NCBI GenBank assembly: GCA_965601925.1 | Contig: OZ271854.1 | Location: 3,488,001 to 3,552,000, forward strand | Length of the DNA stretch: 64,000 nt | Source: Alkalispirochaeta sp. | GTDB taxonomy: Bacteria > Spirochaetota > Spirochaetia > DSM-27196 > Alkalispirochaetaceae | Direction of reading: 5' to 3' | Shown: positions 29,747 to 39,098 of the stretch, in pieces | How the letters are laid out: every line of letters begins with the position of its first letter | How positions within the stretch are numbered: the first letter of the stretch is position 1 | Notes under the pieces: model-generated | The model's database searches: none | Seen by the model: the letters and a program-made list of their open reading frames with translations, nothing else | Told to the model about the DNA's origin: nothing | Program-made: the position numbers and the translations under genes

Positions 29747-29776
29747 AAAAAAAGGAGCCCCGAGAGGCTCCTTTTT
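29747..29776. terminator. Bidirectional rho-independent terminator
   Basis: AAAAAAAGGAGCC-CCGAGA-GGCTCCTTTTT, downstream of the NSS/MetS operon. Confidence 0.85.
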
Positions 29777-29789
29777 CGTGTACTTACTT

Positions 29790-29891
29790 TTACATCGGGC
29801 GCTTGCGCAGTGCGATCGCAATGCATACCGCGGCGCCGCCCCACGTAATCGAGAGGCCGAGGATCATGAAGATGATTGCTCCGGTTGACAT
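29790..29891 (-). CDS. MetS-like NSS transporter small subunit (33 aa, not in ORF track)
   Basis: MSTGAIIFMILGLSITWGGAAVCIAIALRKRPM*, AGGAGG RBS, immediately after NSS gene; single TM with WGG. Confidence 0.85.
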   Translation of the reverse strand: MSTGAIIFMILGLSITWGGAAVCIAIALRKRPM

Positions 29892-29901
29892 GGTGTTCCT
29901 C

Positions 29902-31395
29902 CTATTCGCTTTGCTCGTGGACTAATAACGACTCGTCCGGCCATTTTGCCTTGGCGACGAGAAACGCCGTTGCAAGGCCCACGAGGACGACAGCCCACCC
30001 CATGACTACGACTTGTGCTGTGGTGTAACCGCCGTAATTACTGGAAAGGTCGCCGACGAGATTCAATACCGCGGTGACGCCCAAGACGATCGGAGTGACT
30101 ACCCGTATCATGAGATTCCACCATCCACCGACCGTGAAGTCCGAGATTCCGTTCGCGTGATCTCGAAGTGTGTCGAGCTTGAAAAACCACCCCAAGAGGA
30201 TGACTTCGATAAGGCCCGAGAAGACGATTCCGAAGTTGTTTATGAAGTGATCGACGATATCCAAGATGTAGAGGCCCGCACCGGTTGCAAAGATCAAGCT
30301 CACCGCCGCGGCGACCACGGTGTACCACAGTACGACCTTGCGACGCGCCGCTCCCAGTTTGTCCGATAGTGCGCGTACTACGACCTCGTTAATGGAGATA
30401 AACGATGAGAGGCCGGCGAAGGTGAGGGAGACGAAGAAGAGTACACCCACGAGCACACGCAACGTCGGTAACTGATTGATCGCCGCCGGTATCGTTGCGA
30501 AGGCCAGGAACACGCCCGACAGATTACCGGGGAGCTCGCCGCCGGCTTGGTGCATGAGGAACCCCACGATACTGAAGATGGTGATACCGGCGAGGATGCT
30601 GAACCCGCAGTTCAACAGGGCGGTCATGAACCCGTTGTTCACGATGTCGGACTTCTCAGGGAGGTAACTCGAGTAGGTGATCATGATGGCGAAGGCGATG
30701 CTGAGGGTAAAGAAGATCTGACCGTAGGCATCTACCCATACCGACGCGTCAAGTATGCGCGAGAAGTCGGGACGGAAGAGCATCTCCAGTCCACCGGCGG
30801 CGCCGGGTAGGGTGAGTCCGCGCACCATGATAATCAGAAGGAGCAGAATCAAAAGGGGCATGAAGATCTTGTTCGCCGTCTCGATCCCTCGTTTGACCCC
30901 CGCGTATTGCGCCACGAAGCTGACGAGCCACGCAATCGCAATGGTCCCGAAGATGCCCCATCGGATGCCGCCGAGTTGGAAGGGACCGTCGGTAAGGCCT
31001 AAATACTCGCCGACGAAAAAGCCGACCGGTTCATCGGCCCACGCAAGGGAGAAGGAGAAGCCGATGTAGCTGATCGCCCATCCGATAACCGCTACGTAGT
31101 AGACCGCGATAACCATCGAGATGATCGCCTGCCACCAGCCGAGCCACTCCCACTTGCTATTCAACTTGGCAAATGTGAGCGGCGCGCCGCCCTTCATGCG
31201 GTGACCGAGAGCAAACTCCATGATGATGATCGGTATGCCCGCGGTGAGCAGCGCCACGAAGTAGGGGATGAGGAACGCTCCACCACCGTTCTCGAAAGCC
31301 ATGTAAGGAAAACGCCAGATGTTTCCCAATCCGATGGCCGAGCCTACCGCCGCGAGGATAAACCCGACGCGACTGCCCCATTGTTCTCTTTGCAT
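29902..31395 (-). CDS. Sodium-dependent NSS/SNF-family amino acid transporter
   Basis: REQWGSR.GFILAAVGSAIGLGNIWRFPY...NGGGAFLIPY; W.DAYGQIFFTLS. Confidence 0.95.
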   Translation of the reverse strand: MQREQWGSRVGFILAAVGSAIGLGNIWRFPYMAFENGGGAFLIPYFVALLTAGIPIIIMEFALGHRMKGGAPLTFAKLNSKWEWLGWWQAIISMVIAVYYVAVIGWAISYIGFSFSLAWADEPVGFFVGEYLGLTDGPFQLGGIRWGIFGTIAIAWLVSFVAQYAGVKRGIETANKIFMPLLILLLLIIMVRGLTLPGAAGGLEMLFRPDFSRILDASVWVDAYGQIFFTLSIAFAIMITYSSYLPEKSDIVNNGFMTALLNCGFSILAGITIFSIVGFLMHQAGGELPGNLSGVFLAFATIPAAINQLPTLRVLVGVLFFVSLTFAGLSSFISINEVVVRALSDKLGAARRKVVLWYTVVAAAVSLIFATGAGLYILDIVDHFINNFGIVFSGLIEVILLGWFFKLDTLRDHANGISDFTVGGWWNLMIRVVTPIVLGVTAVLNLVGDLSSNYGGYTTAQVVVMGWAVVLVGLATAFLVAKAKWPDESLLVHEQSE

Positions 31396-31580
31396 CTGTC
31401 TCCTCCAGAAGTGTGTGAGTATGTATCGTTATGCGCCCACTTATGCCGTTTGTCAAATAGTTTTTCTTTTCGTGAGAAATAAGGGGAAAAACATGCATGA
31501 ACCGCATTTTATTACGCGCGAAATGTTGAAAACATCATAGCCGGCGGATTGCGTATAACGCGCTTCGAGCCTATCATAGA

Positions 31581-32210
31581 GTGGTGAGCGTTACGCGTCG
31601 TTTTGCAGGGAACTTCCGCGCTTTGTGGGACGGGAGCCGCGTACCGTCGCAATACGCGGAGCTCGAGCGGCCGCTCCTCCTCCATTGTAGCGACACCCCC
31701 AGCTCACTGTACCGCCACCTGCGCGCGTTGATCCGCCGTATGGAGCCCGACTATGTGATTCACACCGGCGACGTGGCGGACGAGATTAAGCTTGAGTTTT
31801 GTCCCGGCGAGCTCTCTCATTATACAAAGACGGTGCGAAAGCTCTTTATCTCCCTTGAGGAGCTCTCTCATCGGCGACTCTTCGTCGTGCCCGGTAACCA
31901 CGACGACGCGGAGGTCCTCGATGCCGTCGGCGGTCGGACGACCATCGTCGCCGAGGGAACGGTGCTCGACATCGAAGGGGTGCGTATCGGCGTGTCGCAC
32001 CGCTTTTCGAGCGCCGCGTCCGGTGCGGCCTATCACCTGTACGGACACGCCTCAGAGCCGCCTACACACCGACACGCGCATACCGCCTGCATTAACGGTA
32101 TGGCGGCGATCTCGGTCATCTCCCTCTCTACCGGCGCGTTGCACTATCTCCCCTATCCGGCATCCGCGCATCGTCACCGCTCGTGTCTTCTTCCCAAGCC
32201 GGGATTGTGA
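31581..32210 (+). CDS. Calcineurin-like metallophosphoesterase
   Basis: HCSDTP, IHTGDVAD, VPGNHD, VSH, YGH motifs (first DxH replaced by DTP). Confidence 0.8.
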   Translation: MVSVTRRFAGNFRALWDGSRVPSQYAELERPLLLHCSDTPSSLYRHLRALIRRMEPDYVIHTGDVADEIKLEFCPGELSHYTKTVRKLFISLEELSHRRLFVVPGNHDDAEVLDAVGGRTTIVAEGTVLDIEGVRIGVSHRFSSAASGAAYHLYGHASEPPTHRHAHTACINGMAAISVISLSTGALHYLPYPASAHRHRSCLLPKPGL

Positions 32211-32221
32211 GGAGATGCGCT

Positions 32222-33217
32222 GTGGTGTTCATACGTCACGGGCCGAGATTCCTGTTCCTCCGTTCGGCCGAGCCGGAAAAGCTCGCACGGGTGTGCAGAG
32301 GCGCGTTTGATGCGGCGGCGTATTCGTTCGATGAGGCGTTGGCGCGATCGGACGAGGATACGACGTTGGTCTTTTTGACACCTCCCGGACTCACGAAGAC
32401 GCGCGTTTCCGATGCGCTCACGATACTGTTGGCGCCCGTCGCCGCGTCGATCGTGTTGACGACACTCTTTCAACGCGGCGTTGCCGGTCTGTTGGAGAAC
32501 GCCCATCTTGGCCCGGGGTCGATCATTCTCAGGGTCATCGGGGGCGGCGCCGGTGTCGTCGAGGAGTTGGCTGAGCGCTACGCCGGCGCCTGCGACGACT
32601 TCGAAGGGTTGATAGAGGCGGGGGATGTCGACGATACGATCGTCGGCCTTACCAACGCACCGTTGAACCGAGTCCTGCCCCGAGATGCGATCATCGATCC
32701 GCAATTACTCGTAAAACGCCCCTCCCATCGTCTCTATCCCGAGTTGCGCAACCGGGGAACGCTCTTTATTACCCATAGTCTCGACCGCAAGGAGTGGTAC
32801 GAGTTTCGTGTGAATATCTACGACGCCGCGGAGCGCTACGAGGAACACTACCGTCGGATCATAGCGACCCTCACCGATCTGGAGGCGGGATTCGTACTAG
32901 GAGAGTCGTGGACGCGGGACCACGCGTTGGTTCTTTTGTCCGTTCCGGCGTATCAACTGCGCCTCTTTTCACTCTTTGAGCCACGGGAGGTCAAACGTAT
33001 ACTCGTCGGGCTCGAGTACGACGAGAGGGGACGACGCCTCGTCGATATCGACGTGTATTATCGCAACCGTAAGATCTCTTACAACGACAAGGGGGTGCGC
33101 CGTTACGCCGGTGAAACGCGACTCGAGATTCGGCGAAGTCTCTTCGAGCGCCTTTCGGCCGAGGCTTCGGGTGAGATCAGAGGCCTGGAGCGCCGGCTTC
33201 GCGCATCGGACGAGTAG
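32222..33217 (+). CDS. Hypothetical protein, C-terminus CitX-like
   Basis: GAGGAG RBS then GTG; host-like codon usage; VKRILVGLE...GRRLVDIDVY; family call tentative. Confidence 0.65.
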   Translation: MVFIRHGPRFLFLRSAEPEKLARVCRGAFDAAAYSFDEALARSDEDTTLVFLTPPGLTKTRVSDALTILLAPVAASIVLTTLFQRGVAGLLENAHLGPGSIILRVIGGGAGVVEELAERYAGACDDFEGLIEAGDVDDTIVGLTNAPLNRVLPRDAIIDPQLLVKRPSHRLYPELRNRGTLFITHSLDRKEWYEFRVNIYDAAERYEEHYRRIIATLTDLEAGFVLGESWTRDHALVLLSVPAYQLRLFSLFEPREVKRILVGLEYDERGRRLVDIDVYYRNRKISYNDKGVRRYAGETRLEIRRSLFERLSAEASGEIRGLERRLRASDE

Positions 33218-33247
33218 CGGGGCGACTCGTTATGGGATATCCTCGGC

Positions 33248-34063
33248 GTGGAGGAACGTCGGTTTACTCGCACGCCGTCCCGATGGCCCGACGGATATAC
33301 GCTCTTGGACATACCTATACTTCTTATCCATGGATTGATCGGCACGTTGCGCGTCTCGCCCATTATAGACTCGTTCGGTGATTGCGACCTGTTCGCTCCC
33401 GACCTTCTCGGCTACGGCGCCTCGTCGTCACGTCTCGTCGACGATGTGACGCTCTCTCGACAAGCCGATCATGTGGCCGAATGGGTGCGGTCTCATACGG
33501 AATCGCCGGTACACGTCGTCGGCCATTCCGTCGGTGGCGCAGTCGGTGTGCTGTTTGCATCGAGATACCCGGAGCTTACCGCATCCATAACGAGTGTCGA
33601 GGGCAACTTCACACTCAGGGATGCGTTCTGGTCGGCAATGATCGCCCAAGCGGACATTACCGAGGTCGAGGGTATCCTCGAAGGATACAGGAAGGACGTC
33701 GGTGCGTGGCTCGCCGGCGCGGGTGTCGCGTGCAATTCGACAACGTTGGCCGTCGGGAGAGCGTGGTTGGCGCACCAATCCGCCGCAACACTCAGGGCGC
33801 AAGCGACCGCCGTAATCGACGAGACTTCAAAGCCGAGATATCTCGAGATGGTGAGGGAGCTGATGGTATCGGACCTACCGTTTCATCTGATAGCGGGTCA
33901 GGAATCGCGCGCCGCTTGGGACGTTCCCGCCTGGGCGGTCGCCTCGGCGACGAGCGTAACCGAGCTGTCGGGCATGGGGCATCTTATGATGCTGCAGGCA
34001 CCGGAGTTGTTCGGTGCGACCGTACGGCGCGTTGTGGGTACCGATTGTCAAGGTCGGCGATGA
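33248..34063 (+). CDS. Alpha/beta hydrolase
   Basis: LLIHG, PDLLGYG, GHSVGG nucleophile elbow, GHLMM; start uncertain. Confidence 0.88.
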   Translation: MEERRFTRTPSRWPDGYTLLDIPILLIHGLIGTLRVSPIIDSFGDCDLFAPDLLGYGASSSRLVDDVTLSRQADHVAEWVRSHTESPVHVVGHSVGGAVGVLFASRYPELTASITSVEGNFTLRDAFWSAMIAQADITEVEGILEGYRKDVGAWLAGAGVACNSTTLAVGRAWLAHQSAATLRAQATAVIDETSKPRYLEMVRELMVSDLPFHLIAGQESRAAWDVPAWAVASATSVTELSGMGHLMMLQAPELFGATVRRVVGTDCQGRR

Positions 34064-34161
34064 ACATCTCGGTTCCTACACCACGTCCGGTACGTCTTAC
34101 GCCGCTCGTAGATACGGCGAAACTTTACAAAGTTGCGCGACAGACCATATCGTACAAGGGT

Positions 34162-35403
34162 ATGCCGTACGTTCGCCGGGTTTGGTCACTGCCGTTCATG
34201 TCTCACGGTTTCCCGTGGTTAATCTCACCGGCGATGATCGTACTGTCCGCGTACCAATTTCGTCTCGACAGTGGTAGCGCACCCGTCGAGGGGTGGCAGA
34301 CCGATTTTTTTGTCTTGTGGACGTTGTTTGCCGCACTGTCGATCGCGCTGTTGTTCGCCACGAGTCGTCGGGCCGTTCTCGGTGTGATGGTGGCCAAGGT
34401 CGGGCTCTTCTTCCTTTTGACGATTCCCGCCCGGCAGTCGGCCGGAGTCCACGCGGCGTTACTTACCTCCCTTCTTCTTGAGGCGAGCCTCTGTATGTCG
34501 ACCGTCGGTGCGGTCGTCGTCCTTGCGACTCTTGGTGTTTTGACGCCCGTCGTGTACGGCTTTTTCAATGTCTTGCCGGCTAAGATTGAGGTGTTGCTTG
34601 CCGGTGAAACGACCGTCCTCTCGGCGGTTCCCTTCATCGTGTTCCTGTTGTCTCTCTCGCGCTCGTCGGCGCTCAGCGGCCGTACGGCGGCGCGTCGCGA
34701 AGCGGACGTCCTGGACCGATCCGTCAGGCAGCTCACCACCGCAAACGCCGGCTTCCTCCAATACGCCTCAACCGTGGAGCACGCAACGGTCTCCAAGGAG
34801 CGTCGCCGGCTGTCACGCGATCTTCACGACGTCGTGGGGCAGACCTTTACGAACATCACCTCGATGATGGATGCGGTCTTGCGCACCCCCATTGTGGATG
34901 GGGAGGAGTTGCGTAAACTCCACCAGTGGATACGCGACCACGCCCAGTGGGGGCTTCAAGAGAGTCGTCGGGCGCTCTATCGTCTCCGTTCGATGAAAGA
35001 ACTGGAAAGCGGCGGGAGCTCGGCGTTGCGAAAACTCTTCGAGACCTTCGAGTACGCCACAAAAGTGAAGGTGACCGTCGAGTGGCGCAACCTGCCGTGG
35101 AACCTACCCGACGAGACCGATATGACGGTTTACCGCACCGTTCAGGAGTCGATGGTCAACTCCTTCCACCATGGGAAGGCGACCGAGATCGAGATTTCGT
35201 TTTGGTCGACCGGACGTGCGATACAACTCTCGGTTAGGGACAACGGCACGGGAGGACCCGTCGATCACGCCGGGATCGGGCAGGCGGGAATGTGTGAACG
35301 CGTCGAGGCGTTGGGAGGTCGTGTGGAGTTCGAGAACGGAGCGCCCGGCTATCTGGTACGAGCCGTGATTCCCATCTCCTCCGAAGGGAGCTCTACGTCA
35401 TGA
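34162..35403 (+). CDS. Membrane sensor histidine kinase (HisKA_3/NarX type)
   Basis: ERRRLSRDLHDVVGQ, QESMVNS..HG, DNGTG, GQAGMCERV; the 5' part of the 33382 ORF overlaps the hydrolase and is spurious; start 34060-34198. Confidence 0.88.
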   Translation: MPYVRRVWSLPFMSHGFPWLISPAMIVLSAYQFRLDSGSAPVEGWQTDFFVLWTLFAALSIALLFATSRRAVLGVMVAKVGLFFLLTIPARQSAGVHAALLTSLLLEASLCMSTVGAVVVLATLGVLTPVVYGFFNVLPAKIEVLLAGETTVLSAVPFIVFLLSLSRSSALSGRTAARREADVLDRSVRQLTTANAGFLQYASTVEHATVSKERRRLSRDLHDVVGQTFTNITSMMDAVLRTPIVDGEELRKLHQWIRDHAQWGLQESRRALYRLRSMKELESGGSSALRKLFETFEYATKVKVTVEWRNLPWNLPDETDMTVYRTVQESMVNSFHHGKATEIEISFWSTGRAIQLSVRDNGTGGPVDHAGIGQAGMCERVEALGGRVEFENGAPGYLVRAVIPISSEGSSTS

Positions 35404-36101
35404 GGCCGCGATCGATCCTTATCGCCGATGATCAGAAGCTCTTTGCCCAGAGTCTCAAGCGCGTCTTGGAGTCGGATCCGCGCGCAACCGCCTCGGTCTT
35501 CGTCGCGTCAAGCGGTGAGGAGGCGGTGGAACTCCACCGAACGCTCCGTCCCGATGTCGTACTGTTGGACGTATCTATGCCCGACCTCAACGGCGTGGAG
35601 GCGCTGAGAGCGATACGAGCCGACGATCCCGAGGCGGTCGTCGTGATGCTTACCGCATTCGGGTACGACGAGTACGTTCACGCGGCGATGGCCGCCGGCG
35701 CAAAAGGGTACGTTCTCAAGGACATCACCCCCGATGAGCTGCAGAACGTCATTCGTACCGTGGCCGGGGGCGGCATTGTGCTCTCTCCGGAGGTGACCGG
35801 TGGTGCGTTCAAGGGCGACTCGTCATCGGGAACCGCAGGAGCGACCGGCGGCCGCGAATGGTTTTACCGCCTCACCGACAAGGAACGCGACCTTCTGCGT
35901 CTCATCGCACGGGGATTCAGTAATGGCGAAATCGGCGATACCCTTCACTTGGGGCCGCAGACGGTGCGCAACTACACCAGCGCCCTCTACGCCAAGATCG
36001 GCGCCAGGGATCGATTCGAGGCGATCCGTCTCGCTATCGAAACGGGCTTTGATCACCACGTTGAAAGTACAAATGTAACCGACCCAAAAGTACACCCGTA
36101 A
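35400..36101 (+). CDS. NarL/LuxR-family response regulator
   Basis: IADD, LLDVSMP, LTAF, GYVLKD; LT.KE..LL.LIA.G.SN.EI...L.....TVRNY. Confidence 0.93.
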   Translation: MRPRSILIADDQKLFAQSLKRVLESDPRATASVFVASSGEEAVELHRTLRPDVVLLDVSMPDLNGVEALRAIRADDPEAVVVMLTAFGYDEYVHAAMAAGAKGYVLKDITPDELQNVIRTVAGGGIVLSPEVTGGAFKGDSSSGTAGATGGREWFYRLTDKERDLLRLIARGFSNGEIGDTLHLGPQTVRNYTSALYAKIGARDRFEAIRLAIETGFDHHVESTNVTDPKVHP

Positions 36102-36131
36102 CTGGTGCGCTCGGTGGGGTCGCCGTACAAT
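36064..36131 (+). promoter_or_regulatory. Direct-repeat activator site and -10 box for the sulfatase operon
   Basis: AAAGTACA-nn-GTAAC type unit twice at 23-bp spacing (36064, 36087); TACAAT at 36126, 7 nt before ATG. Confidence 0.55.
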
Positions 36132-36138
36132 CGTTGCC

Positions 36139-37731
36139 ATGGACGCCCCGGGTCGCCGCCCCAATATTCTTCTTGTCGTCGCCGATCAACACCGCGCCGA
36201 CGCCCTCGGTGCCTACGGCAATCGCCGGATTCTGACACCCAATCTGGACTCCCTGTCCGCCGACGGGGTGGTATACGAAAACGCCTTCTGTCCGGCCGCG
36301 ATCTGCACGCCGTCACGCTATTCTCTCTTTACCGGACTCTATCCGCATCAACATCTCGGCTTGAGCAATCGCTCGACGCCGCACCCCTCGGCGCCCTCAT
36401 TTCCGGCGGTCCTCCGCGACCACGGCTACCGATGTACCACCGTCGGTAAGATGCACTGTACCCCCACGCACCTCGATCTCGGTTTTTCCGCGATGCACCT
36501 CGCCGAGCAGGACGGTGTGGGTCGCTTTGACGACGAATATCACGGCGATCTCATGAAACGACGATCGGTGGACTACACCGATATGCAGGACCAGGTCGCC
36601 CTCTACCGTGATCTGGCATCCCCGGAGTACCATGAGACGTTCGGCGCCGTCGCCTCCGAACTCGCCGAAGAGGAGTATTCTACGGGGTGGATCGCGCGAC
36701 GTGCCGAGGAGGTCCTTGACGGGTGGACCGCCGAGGGTAACTTCACCGTCGTCAGCTTCATCAAGCCGCATCACCCCTTCGATCCGCCGGAGGAGTGGAT
36801 TCGCCGGTACGACGGAATCGACGTGGAGCCGCTTCCGGGATGGCTCGATGAGTGTCTGGAACGGGATCTAAAGAAACACGAGGGCTACTTTCCCCATACC
36901 GCCCTCAGCCGCGACGCCGTTCGTCGGGTGACGACCTATTACTACGCCCTCGTGACCCAAATCGATCACTACGTGGGCCGCTTCGTCGACGTGTTGCAAC
37001 GTAACGGCATGTACGACGACGCGATCGTTATCTACTGCAGCGACCACGGCGAGTATCTCGGGTACCACCACCTCTTGTTGAAGAACAACCACCTCTACGA
37101 GCCGCTGGTACGAGTGCCGCTGATCGTCAAACAGCCCGGCCGGGCGCGCGCCGGAGAGAGGACCCGCGCGCTCTTCAGCCTCATCGATATAGCGCCGACG
37201 CTTCTCGGCGCCGCCGGTCTCTCGTCGGCGATGTTGGGTTCGCCGGCGATCGAGCGCGACGAGGGGAGCGGACCGATACCGATCGATGATCCGTACCGCC
37301 GCAAGCTCGCCGAGCGTATGGGGTGGAAGAATCTCTTCGAGATTGAGACGGGACGTGAGGTCGTCTTTTGCGAGGACTTCGGCGGGGGAGAGTACATGGC
37401 ACACAACGGCGATCACAAGCTGTTGCTCACACCGGACGGCGAGACGTCCATGCTCTTCGACCTCGCGGATGATCCCTTTGAGATAGAGAATCGTATCGAC
37501 GATCCGCGGTACCGCGAGGTGACGCGGCGCCTGAACGACGCGTTAATGAGGTGGCGGCTCTTTGACGCTCCGCCGCAGCACTACGTCGACGAGAGTGCAC
37601 CGAGCGTAGAGTCGGAGCGCGATCGTAACCGTGCGGCGCGACAAGAGCGACGCGCCTTCTTCGATTCGGCCTTTCGTTCCGAAAACGCTTTGAACGATAA
37701 TCCCGCGGCGCGGGACGGACAAACCACATAG
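36139..37731 (+). CDS. Cys-type sulfatase (choline-/aryl-sulfatase-like)
   Basis: PNILLVVADQHR, CTPSRYSLFTG (CxPxR), GKMH, KPHHPFD, SDHGE, RVPLI. Confidence 0.93.
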   Translation: MDAPGRRPNILLVVADQHRADALGAYGNRRILTPNLDSLSADGVVYENAFCPAAICTPSRYSLFTGLYPHQHLGLSNRSTPHPSAPSFPAVLRDHGYRCTTVGKMHCTPTHLDLGFSAMHLAEQDGVGRFDDEYHGDLMKRRSVDYTDMQDQVALYRDLASPEYHETFGAVASELAEEEYSTGWIARRAEEVLDGWTAEGNFTVVSFIKPHHPFDPPEEWIRRYDGIDVEPLPGWLDECLERDLKKHEGYFPHTALSRDAVRRVTTYYYALVTQIDHYVGRFVDVLQRNGMYDDAIVIYCSDHGEYLGYHHLLLKNNHLYEPLVRVPLIVKQPGRARAGERTRALFSLIDIAPTLLGAAGLSSAMLGSPAIERDEGSGPIPIDDPYRRKLAERMGWKNLFEIETGREVVFCEDFGGGEYMAHNGDHKLLLTPDGETSMLFDLADDPFEIENRIDDPRYREVTRRLNDALMRWRLFDAPPQHYVDESAPSVESERDRNRAARQERRAFFDSAFRSENALNDNPAARDGQTT

Positions 37732-37740
37732 GAGGAGATC

Positions 37741-39018
37741 ATGAAACGTGTATGGGTGTGTATAGCGATGGTATCGCTGGTAGTCGCCGGCGTATGGGGC
37801 GCCGGTGATCAAGAGGCGGACGCGTCGGAGGCGGGGGAGGTATTGAGCATTCTTACCTTCAAAGCGGCCCCCCATGAGCGAGCGGCGCTGGAAGATGTGA
37901 TCGTCGCCTTTGAGGCGGCCAATCCCGGTATAACCGTGGAGCTCGAGGCCGTGTCGCACTCCGGCGGCTACGACCAGGTCCTCGACACGCGCCTGATTTC
38001 GGGCGAGATGGCCGATATCTACATGGAGGTGACGCACCGTTTGCGTCGTATCATCGAGGCGGGATACGCCGCACCGATTACCGACGCCGAGTTCATCGAC
38101 GATTTTCAGGACGATGTGATCGACCTGGCGAGCGCCGACGGAGAGGTGTACGCCATTCCCACCGAGGTGACCTCGGTCGGTATGTGGTACAACCGGCGTG
38201 TTCTCGCCGACAACGGCGTGGCGTTTCCCGAGACGTGGGAAGAGTTCGTTGCCGTCTCCGAGGAGCTCTTGGCCGCGGGATACGAGCCGATCGTGCTCGC
38301 CAATGAGCAGGGAGTTTCGGCGCAGTTTTTGACCTCACCGCTGGCCCGAGACCTTATGTACTCCAACCACGACGCCGCGTCGTTCATTCAAGAGGTCAAC
38401 GAAGGTGATGCCGGTTTCTCCGAGGTGTATCTTCCGGCGTTTGAACGCTTGGCCGATATGACCGAGTCGGGCTACTACGATCCGGTCGATTCCTTAGGGT
38501 GGTTCATCGCCGAGGAAGGTATTGCCCAGTTTGCCCAAGGACGGGCGGCCTTCTATCCCGGCGGAAATTGGTTTACCGCCCTCTTTGACGATGCCGATCC
38601 CGACGGCGACATCGTCATGGGGCCCACACCGATAACCCTGGACACCGCCAAGGCGGCGGTACAGCCCCAAAGCTATCTCCTGATGTACTCAGAGGCCGAT
38701 AATCGGGAGGCGGCGCTCGCGTTCATGTCCTTCATCTCACGACCGGAGATAATGAATAGTTACGTCGCCGCGTTGGACGGCTTCTCGCCCTTGCGGGCCG
38801 AGTTCGTACCGGATAATCCGCGCCTGGCGCCGATCGGCGCGGCGATCGCGGAGGGTCGCACGGTTCCGTGGTATATACCCAACGGCCTGGCGATCGGCGG
38901 CGAGGTGGGCGTCGTACGACAGGTGCTGCAGGAACTCATACTCGGCAACGTAACATCCGGCGAGGCGGCGGAGAGACTCGACGCGGAGATTGAGCGACAG
39001 ATCACGCTATCCCGGTAG
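37741..39018 (+). CDS. Carbohydrate ABC transporter substrate-binding protein
   Basis: Signal peptide ending VWGAGDQE; FE.ANPGI.VE, DG.VYAIP, WYN, P.TW.EF, F.QG.AAF. Confidence 0.9.
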   Translation: MKRVWVCIAMVSLVVAGVWGAGDQEADASEAGEVLSILTFKAAPHERAALEDVIVAFEAANPGITVELEAVSHSGGYDQVLDTRLISGEMADIYMEVTHRLRRIIEAGYAAPITDAEFIDDFQDDVIDLASADGEVYAIPTEVTSVGMWYNRRVLADNGVAFPETWEEFVAVSEELLAAGYEPIVLANEQGVSAQFLTSPLARDLMYSNHDAASFIQEVNEGDAGFSEVYLPAFERLADMTESGYYDPVDSLGWFIAEEGIAQFAQGRAAFYPGGNWFTALFDDADPDGDIVMGPTPITLDTAKAAVQPQSYLLMYSEADNREAALAFMSFISRPEIMNSYVAALDGFSPLRAEFVPDNPRLAPIGAAIAEGRTVPWYIPNGLAIGGEVGVVRQVLQELILGNVTSGEAAERLDAEIERQITLSR

Positions 39019-39040
39019 GCGGATGCGACACCGGGCCGAT

Positions 39041-39071
39041 CCGCCCGTCCGCGACTCGATTCGCGGGCGGG
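39041..39071 (+). promoter_or_regulatory. Intercistronic stem-loop after the binding-protein gene
   Basis: CCGCCCG...CGCGA-n-TCGCG-GGCGGG hairpin; typical mRNA-stabilising position. Confidence 0.35.
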
Positions 39072-39098
39072 CTCTTCCGTTATAGGGGATACGCCGTT

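Noticed and set aside
33382..34059. 673-aa histidine kinase with long N-terminus
   Set aside because: The extension overlaps the hydrolase gene out of frame and is low-complexity; the true start is near 34060-34198
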